From NCBI GenBank assembly GCA_964016885.1, contig CAXHJY010000921.1, positions 1-47,844 on the forward strand: 47,844 nt of DNA, given 5' to 3'. This DNA is from Eledone cirrhosa. Lineage: Eukaryota. The notes beneath the pieces were generated by a model, which was not told the origin of the DNA, ran no database searches, and saw nothing but the letters and a program-made list of their open reading frames with translations. Of this stretch, positions 1-18,276 are shown one piece after another; the first letter of the stretch is position 1, and each line of letters starts with the position of its first letter. Position numbers and translations under genes: made by a program.

Positions 1-11
1 TGTTTATATTG

Positions 12-77
12 TATTTTGTCTGATGAAGGCATAGCATATTGTTAATATGATATCCCCGAAATATATATAATGAAATA
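12..77 (+). ncRNA. Type I hammerhead ribozyme (element cut by the window edge; homolog at 38736-38801)
   Basis: Stem I TATTTTGT(12-19)/ATGAAATA(70-77), core CTGATGA 20-26, stem II with CATATT/AATATG, GAAA 58-61, palindromic stem III ATATATAT, predicted AUA cleavage after 69. Confidence 0.75.
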
Positions 78-120
78 AATATGGTTTTTATAAATATAGT
101 TTTCCATTTATTTAATATTG

Positions 121-1684
<1,564 letters not shown>

Positions 1685-1815
1685 AAGGGAGAGAATTGGG
1701 AGTGTGTAACACTCCACTTATCAAATAGGCAGTATATGGTTAGCTCAATGTCAGAGGACAGAGCCGTAATACAATTAACAACAAAGAGCGCTTAGAACAT
1801 AGGTATATCTTTAAT

Positions 1816-1861
1816 TGCTAACAGTGTTTCGTCCACACTAGAAGTGGTACTCTTCAGAGCA
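1816..1861 (-). ncRNA. Minimal type I hammerhead ribozyme
   Basis: Minus strand reads TGCT-CTGAAGA-GT(A)CCAC..GTGGAC-GAAAC-ACT-GTT-AGCA; stem I TGCT/AGCA; GUU site. Confidence 0.75.
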
Positions 1862-2303
1862 TAAAGAGTAAATACATAGTATACAAGCATTGACAAAGCC
1901 AAAACAGAAGAATATATGTGGGTATACCATAAGTTGGGAGGAGTTTAAAGAGTAAAGTAAAAGGAGTAAAATAAGAAAAGTGTAAAATAAAATAAAAAAA
2001 AAATAAAAAAATAAAAATAAAAATAAAAATGAAAAATAAGAAATGTTATCACTCACGGTTGGGCAGGGTTCCGTTAACATACAGCTACATACAAGTATAC
2101 GAATAAGCATGAGCACCCGCATGCACCAACACTGTTTGGTTGAGCACTCTTCTCTGAGTGGCTTTGGGCTGCTCTTTCTAGCAGTTCGTCTCTCAGAGGC
2201 CACTGGTTCACTGCCCTTAAACACGCTGTGACTTCTCTCTCCCACGTGTGGCTGGACAGTCAATTGTAAAATTCTCTTAGTGTTGTCTGAGATGTATAGC
2301 CTT

Positions 2304-2382
2304 ACACACGCTGATGAACCGAGACTAACATTTCTTTCAACAATTTCTCTGGCGAAACATATCTTTGGATTTGTACGTGTGT
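2304..2382 (+). ncRNA. Type I hammerhead ribozyme
   Basis: Stem I ACACACG/CGTGTGT (7 bp), CTGATGA 2311-2317, stem II CCGAGA/TCTCTGG, GAAA 2354-2357, stem III ACA..ATC/GAT..TGT, GUA site ending at 2375. Confidence 0.85.
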
Positions 2383-2552
2383 TATATAGTTATAGGGGTA
2401 TTTATTTACGCTTTAATTTATATTTTTAATTATCGTGTCTATAGTCTGCCTTTCATAGGTTATAGATTCCATACACTGGTGGTTATTTCCCTCTATTATT
2501 GATAACGCACTATATATCTCTCTCTGGTGTGTTACCTTCTCAACATATTATA

Positions 2553-7991
<5,439 letters not shown>

Positions 7992-8122
7992 AAGGGAGAG
8001 AATTGGGAGTGTGTAACACTCCACTTATCAAATAGGCAGTATATGGTTAGCTCAATGTCAGAGGACAGAGCCGTAATACAATTAACAACAAAGAGCGCTT
8101 AGAACATAGGTATATCTTTAAT

Positions 8123-8168
8123 TGCTAACAGTGTTTCGTCCACACTAGAAGTGGTACTCTTCAGAGCA
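8123..8168 (-). ncRNA. Minimal type I hammerhead ribozyme (duplicate of 1816-1861)
   Basis: Same sequence as 1816-1861. Confidence 0.75.
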
Positions 8169-8608
8169 TAAAGAGTAAATACATAGTATACAAGCATTGA
8201 CAAAGCCAAAACAGAAGAATATATGTGGGTATACCATAAGTTGGGAGGAGTTTAAAGAGTAAAGTAAAAGGAGTAAAATAAGAAAAGTGTAAAATAAAAT
8301 AAAAAAAAATAAAAAAATAAAAATAAAATAAAAATGAAAAATAAGAAATGTTATCACTCACGGTTGGGCAGGGTTCCGTTAACATACAGCTACATACAAG
8401 TATACGAATAAGCATGAGCACCCGCATGCACCAACACTGTTTGGTTGAGCACTCTTCTCTGAGTGGCTTTGGGCTGCTCTTTCTAGCAGTTCGTCTCTCA
8501 GAGGCCACTGGTTCACTGCCCTTAAACACGCTGTGACTTCTCTCTCCCACGTGTGGCTGGACAGTCAATTGTAAAATTCTCTTAGTGTTGTCTGAGATGT
8601 ATAGCCTT

Positions 8609-8687
8609 ACACACGCTGATGAACCGAGACTAACATTTCTTTCAACAATTTCTCTGGCGAAACATATCTTTGGATTTGTACGTGTGT
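8609..8687 (+). ncRNA. Type I hammerhead ribozyme (duplicate of 2304-2382)
   Basis: Same sequence as 2304-2382. Confidence 0.85.
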
Positions 8688-8853
8688 TATATAGTTATAG
8701 GGGTATTTATTTACGCTTTAATTTATATTTTTAATTATCGTGTCTATAGTCTGCCTTTCATAGGTTATAGATTCCATACACTGGTGGTTATTTCCCTCTA
8801 TTATTGATAACGCACTATATATCTCTCTCTGGTGTGTTACCTTCTCAACATAT

Positions 8854-9060
8854 ATATATATTATATATTATATATAATATATAATATATAATATATATAT
8901 ATATATATTATATATATATCTATATATATATTATATATATATTATATATATATATATATTATATATATATATTTTATATATATATTATATATATATATAT
9001 ATTATATATATATATATTATATATATATTATATATATATATATTATATATATATTATATA

Positions 9061-9107
<47 letters not shown>

Positions 9108-9322
9108 ATTATATATATATATATATTATATATATATATATATTATATTATATATATATATTATATATATTATATATATATATATTATATATATATATAT
9201 ATTATATATATATATATATATTATATATATATATATATTATATATATATATATATTATATATATATTATATATATATATATATATTATATTATATATATA
9301 TATTATATATATATATATATAT

Positions 9323-9356
<34 letters not shown>

Positions 9357-9407
9357 ATATATTATATATATATATATATTATATATATATATATATTATA
9401 TATATAT

Positions 9408-9439
<32 letters not shown>

Positions 9440-10027
9440 ATATTATATATATATATATTACATATATATATTATATATATATATTACATATATATATATT
9501 ATATATATTTATATATATATATATTATATATATATATATTACATATATATATTATATATATATATATATTACATATATATATATTATATATATTTATATA
9601 TATATATATTACATATATATATATTATATATATTTATATATATATATATATTATATATATATATATATACATATATATATTATATATATATATATATATA
9701 TTACATATATATATATTATATATATTTATATATATATATATTATATATATATATATTATATATATTTATATATATATATATTATATATATATATATATAC
9801 ATATATATATTTATATATATATATATTATATATATATATATATACATATATATTATATATATATATATATATTACATATATATATATTATATATATTTAT
9901 ATATATATATATTATATATATATATTATATATATATATATTACATATATATATATATTATATATATTTATATATATATATATTATATATATTTATATATA
10001 TATATATTATATATATATATATATACA

Positions 10028-10059
<32 letters not shown>

Positions 10060-10168
10060 TGTAAATATATATATATATTATAAATATACATATATATATT
10101 ATATATATATATATATACATATATATATTATATATATATATAAATATATATATATACATATATATATT

Positions 10169-10257
<89 letters not shown>

Positions 10258-10261
10258 TATT

Positions 10262-10310
<49 letters not shown>

Positions 10311-10548
10311 ATTATAAATATATATATATATTATACACATATATATATATATATATTATAAATATATATATATATTATACACATATATATATATATATAT
10401 TATAAATATATATATATATTATACACATATATATATATATATATTATAAATATATATATATATTATACACATATATATATATATATATATTATAAATATA
10501 CATATATATATTATATATATATATATATATATATTATAAATATACATA

Positions 10549-10601
<53 letters not shown>

Positions 10602-10610
10602 ATATACATA

Positions 10611-10649
<39 letters not shown>

Positions 10650-10658
10650 ATATACATA

Positions 10659-10709
<51 letters not shown>

Positions 10710-10730
10710 ATATACATATATATATTATAA

Positions 10731-10803
<73 letters not shown>

Positions 10804-10835
10804 ATATACATATATATATTATAAATATACATATA

Positions 10836-10893
<58 letters not shown>

Positions 10894-11070
10894 ATATATA
10901 TATATATTATAAATGGCCTCAGCCGGATAGCTGAAACAGGTAATAGAGTAATATATATATATATATTATAAATATATATCTATATTATAAATATACATAT
11001 ATATATATATATTATAAATATACATATATATATTATATATATATATATATATATATTATAAATATACATA

Positions 11071-11153
<83 letters not shown>

Positions 11154-11213
11154 ATATATATATATATATATATTATAAATATATATATATTATATATATA
11201 TATTATAAATATA

Positions 11214-11291
<78 letters not shown>

Positions 11292-11332
11292 TATATTTAT
11301 AATATATATATATTTATAATATATATATATAT

Positions 11333-11375
<43 letters not shown>

Positions 11376-11395
11376 TATGTATATTTATAATATAT
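8854..11395. repeat. Imperfect (TA)n array with TTATAAATATACA variant units
   Basis: Direct inspection. Confidence 0.95.
10914..10950 (+). mobile_element. ~36-bp extreme 3' tail of the LINE/SINE family at 40641-41531
   Basis: GGCCTCAGCCGGATAGCTGAAACAGGTAATAGAGTA matches the reverse complement of 40648-40683 with 3 mismatches. Confidence 0.7.
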
Positions 11396-12897
11396 AGGGT
11401 CCTAAAATGGTCTAGCCATTTCCTCTTCCTATCCTCGGGCCCTGTTCCCTGGATCTGACTCGAACACCTTTTCTTCCTCCCTGTGATCTCGTTGATGATC
11501 ATCCAGCTCTCCTTACATCCAGATCTGTCAACCGCTCTCTCCACACTTCTGATCTTCTCTATCAGTGCCTCCTCTCTGACCTCAGTGTAAGCGGTACAGA
11601 GCTCTTCCCTCATCACCTCCACAGTCTCCATCCTCTCCTCCGTAGGATCAGCATAGAATTGGTCCCTGGCAGCTTTCAGGTGTTCTCTGGCTGCACACAC
11701 TTTTGGGTTTGCAGAGCTGACGTGCTTCCCTTTGTTCTTTTTCCTCGGCACCAGGGTTTCACTTGCTTTCGCCACTGCATTGGTGAAGTGCCCGTACCTC
11801 CTCGTCACACTCTCCTCAGTCCATCCAATCTCTCTCTCCTCTGACTCTCCACACAGAGCACTAAACCTGTTTCTCACTTCCACTGTGAACCTCTCCTGTA
11901 GCTTATCATCTTCCTTGAAAGCTCCCCAGTCATAGATTGTTCTCCGGGGCTGAGCCTTGCTCTTTCTTAAGCTCACGCGGACCTCACTCATAACAAGCCG
12001 GTGGTCACTACCCAGTGTACTAAAATAGCTGTATGGTTCCGTGTTCAGAACACTATTCCGCCACTTTTTCCTCACCAGAATGAAATCAATCTGGGACTTG
12101 GACAGGTGCACATCTGAGATGTAGGTCCACATCTTCCCCAGATTCTTCCTAAACCTTAGGTTGGTCGCCATCAAGTTCGCCTCCAGCAGGGTGTCTCTCA
12201 GTAGTCTTCCATTTCGGTTGGTGTTGTTATGGAAGTACCAGCAAGGATCTTCACTGCCCTCCTTACTCAGATGTGCATTGAAGTCCCCCAAAACAAGCAG
12301 GATATTGTGTGCCTGAGTGGTGTTGACAGCTCTACACACCTCCTCATGGAACTCCTCGGCATTCACATCACTGTCCCCCTCGGTTGGACTATAGGCTGAG
12401 ATGACTGTCAGTCTTGGGTTTCCATTGAAGGTCACCCTCAACACTCGCGGGAAGATAGGCATTATTTCCCTCACCAACAGATTGGTTTTTGCACTGAACA
12501 CAAAACCCACTCCTCCTACTGCAGCATTTGTTGTGTTCTTCACTGCCGATGTAGTGATGAGCTGGATCTTCCTCCCGATCATCACACTCCTCACGGGCTC
12601 ATCGTGTAGAATCCTGTGTTCTTGGATCGCAAGTATCTGTATACCACTCTCCTCGAACAGATGTCCCAACTCCTCTCTCTTCTCCAGCGTTCGAATAGTC
12701 CTCACATTCAAAGTGCCAATTTTGATGGCTCTTCTGCAGGACAAAACTGCATTCTTTATATTTGTCTCAGAGACAGCTGATCCATCATCCACTGGCTCTC
12801 TCTGTGGCTCTAAGCCAGCAGAGTCATAACGACCAGGCTGCTCCTTGACAGTGTAATTAGGGGCTCTAACCCTAGGGCTGTTAGATCGACTCTCCAT
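11396..12897 (-). pseudogene. APE-like endonuclease + linker of a LINE polyprotein, truncated by the TA array
   Basis: Motifs IGTLNVRT, LAIQEHR, ISAYSPTE, LGDFNAH, SQIDFILV, GSDHRLV; first ATG at 12897; frame runs into (TA)n after KWLDHFRT. Confidence 0.9.
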
Positions 12898-13111
12898 ATT
12901 TCTTTTCAGTGGCTGACAATACCTTACCGGCGCCACTCGAATAAGGTAGTTATTTAGCCCATAAATGGAGCCCTAACAGGTACTACCACCCCGGGCCAGG
13001 GCAGACCTGGGAGTCAAGACAACTAAGGGGTAACTCCACATTCCCTACATCTCCTGAACTTCCGAACTGGAGCCTTGCCTCTGGATGTAGTTTAATGTCA
13101 TACCCAGGACA
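11396..13111 (-). mobile_element. Non-LTR retrotransposon (RTE-like) 5' part: 5'UTR + APE endonuclease, missing the RT
   Basis: GC-richer island bounded by (TA)n; ~200-nt leader followed directly by a single ORF with no gag-like ORF1. Confidence 0.85.
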
Positions 13112-14430
13112 TTATAAATATATATATATATTATAAATATACATATATATATATATATATATATTATAAATATACATATATATATATATATTATAAATAT
13201 ACATATATATATATATATTATAAATATACATATATATATATATATTATAAAAAAATATATATATATATATTATAAATATACATATATATATATATATATT
13301 ATAAATATACATATATATATATATATTATAAATATACATATATATATATATCTTATAAATATACATATATATATATATATATTATAAATATACATATATA
13401 TATATATATTATAAATATACATATATATATATATATTATAAATATACATATATATATATTATAAATATACATTATATATATATATATTATAAATATACAT
13501 ATATATATATATATTATAAATATACATATATATATATTATAAATATACATATATATATATTATAAATATACATATATATATATATATTATAAATATACAT
13601 ATATATATATATATTATAAATATACATATATATATATTATAAATATACATATATATATATATATTATAAATATACATATCTATATATATATTATAAATAT
13701 ACATATATATATATTATAAATATACATATATATATATATTATAAATATACATATATATATATATATTATAAATATACATATATATATATATATTATAAAT
13801 ATACATATATATATATATATATATTATACATATATATATATATATTATAAATATACATATATATATATATATTATATATATACATATATATATATATATT
13901 ATAAATATACATATATATATATATATATATTATATATATACATATATATATATATTATAAATATACATATATAAATATACACATATATATTTATAATATA
14001 TATATATATATGTATATTTATAATATATATATATATTATAAATATACATATATATATATATTATAAATATACATATATATATATATTATAAATATACATA
14101 TATATATATATTATAAATATACATATATATATATTATAAATATACATATATATATATATTATAAATATACATATATATAATATATATATTATAAATATAC
14201 ATATATATATATATATTATAAATATACATATATATATATATTATAAATATACATATATATATATATATATATATTATAAATATACATATATATATATATA
14301 TTATAAATATACATATATATATATATATTTTATAAATATACATATATATATTTTATAAATATACATATATATATATATATTATAAATATAGATATATATA
14401 TATATATATTATAAATATGCATATATATAT
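13112..14430. repeat. TA-derived minisatellite, unit TTATAAATATACA(TA)n, ~20-30 bp
   Basis: Dozens of regularly spaced ATAAATATACAT units. Confidence 0.95.
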
Positions 14431-14484
14431 ATTTTTTTTTCTCAACCTGTTAGTTCTATTGTTACTTTGGTATATTATTGTGTG

Positions 14485-14644
14485 TTATATTTTACCTACC
14501 ACAATGTTCGATTTGTTATGCTATTTAAACGTATGTTATTACTCTAAGGACCTAACTTATCGAGTGCTTTGCTAACTCATCATTTCATATAAGTAGGCCG
14601 AATTTACTTGCAAACCGCCAGAGATTCGATTTTACTAAATTTCC

Positions 14645-14688
<44 letters not shown>

Positions 14689-15003
14689 TATATATTTAAT
14701 ACATTAACAGAGAAAGCTTTAAGCTATACTCTGACTGGCTTTCCATCTCACTCAACAAACATTAGGATATACCTTAGTATAATCCCAATTTTACGTTTGG
14801 GGTGCTAACTATATGTATTTTGCGGATAGCCAGTTGTATTATTTTATATTTTACCTACCACAATGTTCGATTTGTCATGCTATTTAAACGTATGTTATTA
14901 CTCTAAGGACCTAACTTATCGAGTGCTTTGCTAACTCATCATTTCATATAAGTAGGCCGAATTTACTTGCAAACCGCCAGAGATTCGATTTTACTAAATT
15001 TCC

Positions 15004-15084
<81 letters not shown>

Positions 15085-15234
15085 ATACAGTAACAGAGAA
15101 AGCTTTAAGCTATACTCTGACTGGCTTCCATCTCACTCAACAAACATTAGGATATACCTTAGTATAATCCCAATTTTACGTTTGGGGTGCTAACTATATG
15201 TATTTTGCGGATAGCCAGTTGTATTATTTTATAT
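14485..15234. repeat. Two-copy tandem duplication of a ~360-390-bp unit with an internal (TA)n
   Basis: 14485-14843 and 14844-15234 are near-identical; the internal TA tract differs in length. Confidence 0.95.
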
Positions 15235-15658
15235 GAGACATAATTAAACTACATCTCCCTTTCCAAACAATTGTTTCATTATAAGTTTTCTACAAGTTGG
15301 GAAAAATGTGTCCAGGTTATGTAGAAGCCTACACATAGTCCGTAGGAATATATGCCGGTGGATATATATATATATATATATGGTGGGTTTATATATGTAC
15401 AGTCTGGCACTTCCTCCAAACTTTCTACATCAGCCTCCCCTCACACTCCCTAGCAGCCCTCACTCACCCTTCCCCTCCAACAGCTGACAACTTCAGGTTT
15501 TCATCAATCTACCGCCATCTACTGGTATGTTTTAGACTTAGATTTGGGGCGGACTCATCTAAACTGTACTGGAACATATATGTATGTGTGTCTGTGAGTC
15601 AGTGTTTGTGATTCAGTGTGTGTGTCACTCACATATGCATGCACACACACTATGTGGA

Positions 15659-15681
15659 TGTGTGTGTGTGTGTGTGCGTGC

Positions 15682-15732
<51 letters not shown>
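15659..15732. repeat. (TG)n microsatellite
   Basis: Direct inspection. Confidence 0.95.
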
Positions 15733-15735
<3 letters not shown>

Positions 15736-16099
15736 AGGTGACGTAATATATATTTGGGAGGTGAAGCGGCTGAGATCTTAGAAATTACAGAACTTTGACA
15801 CTACTCACTCCTAGCACCTACTTTCACCATCTTAACATTTCAACAAACTGTATTACATAGACGATTATATATATATATATATATATATATAGGAAAATGT
15901 TTGACCCCGACGGCAGAGCTCAAGCCTTTTCGGCGGCTATTTCTATATATATAATAAGTTAACGGAACTAGCCTGTGTTTCACTGCTAGTACCGGTTGCA
16001 TCTCAGTCTACCCAATAGATAATGTTAACTAAATTCCCAGAGTAGACACATGGTTATTTGCTTTAACTCGACAGACGTAAATGAGTTCCTTCAATCTAT

Positions 16100-16212
16100 A
16101 CCCGAACTCGAGTTTCTGCCACACTTATTGCAGCAATAGACTGCACAGCATCCACTGTCTGCATTTATTATGCAACAATGCATAATCGGCGCATGTGGCA
16201 TCATCAGTGGGT
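16100..16212 (-). ncRNA. Type I hammerhead with a branched, extended stem II
   Basis: Minus strand ACCCA-CTGATGA-TGCCACAT..GTGTGGCA-GAAAC-TCGA-GTT-CGGGT; 8-bp stem II base; palindromic ACTCGAGT; A/C mismatch at the first stem I pair. Confidence 0.75.
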
Positions 16213-16494
16213 TTCGCCTAATCAATAACCAATCGAGCGACAGGATTCGACTCCAGGCCGTGTCGGCTATGACTGTATGTGACGGTCAACACAGTAAAAC
16301 ATTAGCAACTAGAATCTCTACGCGTTATCACAATGCCGTCAACCGATTGGCCATCAGAAATTTATGTGACGGCAGGAGGTAAAAATTCAAATAGTTCCGC
16401 TCCTGCCATAAGCTCTCAGCCAACTTATCTCAAACACACATTAACAAGAGAGTGAAAGTCGGTTGTCAAAAAAGAATCAGTCTCCAAATGCTGT

Positions 16495-16590
<96 letters not shown>

Positions 16591-16689
16591 GTGTGTGTGT
16601 GTATGTGTAGATATATATATTTATGTAAATACATATATATATATATATATAAAGAATGAATAATAACAGGTAGACATCATAGACTATAC

Positions 16690-16744
<55 letters not shown>

Positions 16745-16826
16745 GTATATATGTATATATATATATATATAAATGTAAGTATGTATGTATACGTACATAC
16801 ATATATGTATACAGACGTACAGTAGC

Positions 16827-16862
<36 letters not shown>

Positions 16863-16987
16863 GTATCAGTTTAGCGAATATTTATTATAACATTCGCTTT
16901 GTTCGTTTGTAAACAAACGGACAGCCTGATTTATGCCGACGGTGTTAAGGCAACCACGTCACCTTTTTGTTCAACACTGACACAGGA

Positions 16988-17030
16988 ACGATGTACTAGT
17001 TTCAAGCTTGTTAGCTATCGTCAGCACCGT
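16988..17030 (-). ncRNA. Minimal type I hammerhead (inverted copy)
   Basis: Reverse complement of 17131-17173. Confidence 0.85.
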
Positions 17031-17130
17031 ATACCCTTCTGCCAGATGGTTGAACGTTCGAAAGTATATACTTAATTTTCATAAGGAAAGTATATACTTT
17101 CGAACGTTCAACCATCTGGCAGAAGGGTAT

Positions 17131-17173
17131 ACGGTGCTGACGATAGCTAACAAGCTTGAAACTAGTACATCGT
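17131..17173 (+). ncRNA. Minimal type I hammerhead
   Basis: ACGGTG-CTGACGA-T AGCT AACA AGCT T-GAAAC-TA-GTA-CATCGT; palindromic ACTAGT stem III. Confidence 0.85.
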
Positions 17174-17321
17174 TCCTGTGTCAGTGTTGAACAAAAAGGT
17201 GACGTGGTTGCCTTAACACCGTCGGCATAAATCAGGCTGTCCGTTTGTTTACAAACGAACAAAGCGAATGTTATAATAAATATTCGCTAAACTGATACGT
17301 ACATATATATATGTGTGCCTG

Positions 17322-17372
<51 letters not shown>

Positions 17373-17538
17373 GCTACTGTACGTCTGTATACATATATGT
17401 ATGTACGTATACATACATACTTACATTTAAGTAAGTGCCGTACTAAGAGTGAGAAATGAAATTTCGTTTCATTCTATTCCAACTTATATATACATATATA
17501 CGTATATATATATATATATCTATATACATATATATATG

Positions 17539-17591
<53 letters not shown>

Positions 17592-17646
17592 TTGTATATA
17601 TATATATATATATGTTTGTATGTGTATATATATATATATATATATA

Positions 17647-17740
17647 TAACGAAGGAGATGTGGTAAGGAACCAGATGGATCATAACGCACTAGAGTACTC
17701 AATACTTAGGGTAGTAGAGTGGGTAATATGAAAATGTTTT

Positions 17741-17742
<2 letters not shown>
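17647..17742 (+). mobile_element. Fragment of the dispersed repeat family also at 32525-32660 (inverted) and 15891-15944
   Basis: TAACGAAGGAGATGTGGTAAGGAACCAG...GAGTGGGTAATA aligns to the reverse complement of 32579-32660. Confidence 0.75.
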
Positions 17743-17800
<58 letters not shown>

Positions 17801-17803
<3 letters not shown>

Positions 17804-18014
17804 GAGGCTAATCCCAAAAGTAAGGTCTCCAAAGCGATGGGGACACAGAGAAACTGTTGGTACGGCTGTTGGCAACACTGTTGTCATCGGTGCTTCCTTC
17901 ACCCCCAAACAAGCATGTGCGCGCTTCGCTGGGGTGCTCAATCTTGGCTTGGCAACTGTCGAGAATGGAGCTCCCGTTGAACGCTACCGCCAAGTGCGAA
18001 TTTCGCGCAGTTAT
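17801..18014 (+). mobile_element. Mariner-like element, left end (TIR + leader + transposase N-terminus)
   Basis: TIR TACGAGGCTAATCCCAAAAGTAAGGTCTCC; encodes MELPLNATAKCEFRAVI, resembling mariner transposase N-termini. Confidence 0.75.
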
Positions 18015-18018
18015 TATA

Positions 18019-18196
18019 TACGAGGGCAATCCCAAAAGTAAGGTCTCCTTCCGAGGAAAACATGCGTAAAGATCAGCGGGTCACTCTGGATGCTCTCTGC
18101 ATTTTGGTTCCTGAGGTTTCCCGAAGCAACATCCACAGGATTTTAACGGAAAAGTTGCAATATCAGAAGGAGACCTTACTTTTGGGATTGCCCTCG

Positions 18197-18198
<2 letters not shown>
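18019..18198 (+). mobile_element. Mariner-derived MITE, ~30-bp perfect TIRs, TA target
   Basis: TACGAGGGCAATCCCAAAAGTAAGGTCTCC / GGAGACCTTACTTTTGGGATTGCCCTCGTA; interior encodes KDQRVTLDALC..PEVSRSNIHRILTEKLQYQK (mariner HTH region). Confidence 0.9.

Positions 18199-18206
<8 letters not shown>

Positions 18207-18275
<69 letters not shown>
18207..18275. repeat. (TG)n microsatellite
   Basis: Direct inspection. Confidence 0.95.

Positions 18276-18276
<1 letters not shown>

Larger units (their letters stand above)
1685..2552. mobile_element. Non-coding island with two hammerheads of opposite polarity (PLE pLTR/retrozyme-like), copy 1
   Basis: Flanked by (TA)n; minus-strand HHR 1816-1861 and plus-strand HHR 2304-2382; near-identical copy at 7992-8853. 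Confidence 0.7.
7992..8853. mobile_element. Dual-hammerhead island, copy 2
   Basis: Near-identical to 1685-2548 (offset ~6305); visible differences only in the A-rich tract. Confidence 0.75.
16770..17485. mobile_element. Fold-back (palindromic) non-coding element with one hammerhead per arm
   Basis: Arms ~16770-17073 and 17088-17429 are reverse complements around a 14-nt spacer; flanked by (TA)n. Confidence 0.85.

Noticed and set aside
1838-2263. 141-aa ORF with a Phe-rich hydrophobic stretch
   Set aside because: Comes from an A-rich tract, is frameshifted in the duplicate copy and has no recognisable motif.
11659-12829. Plus-strand ORFs over the APE region
   Set aside because: Antisense shadows of the LINE ORF.
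13112-14430. CRISPR-like regular repeats
   Set aside because: Spacers are only (TA)n, there are no cas genes, and the context is eukaryotic.
14545-14590. Minus-strand ATGATGA...GATA resembling a hammerhead core
   Set aside because: Both core boxes deviate and the stems do not close.
15235-15870. Possible host exon or regulatory DNA in unique sequence
   Set aside because: No ORF, splice pattern or motif I can support.
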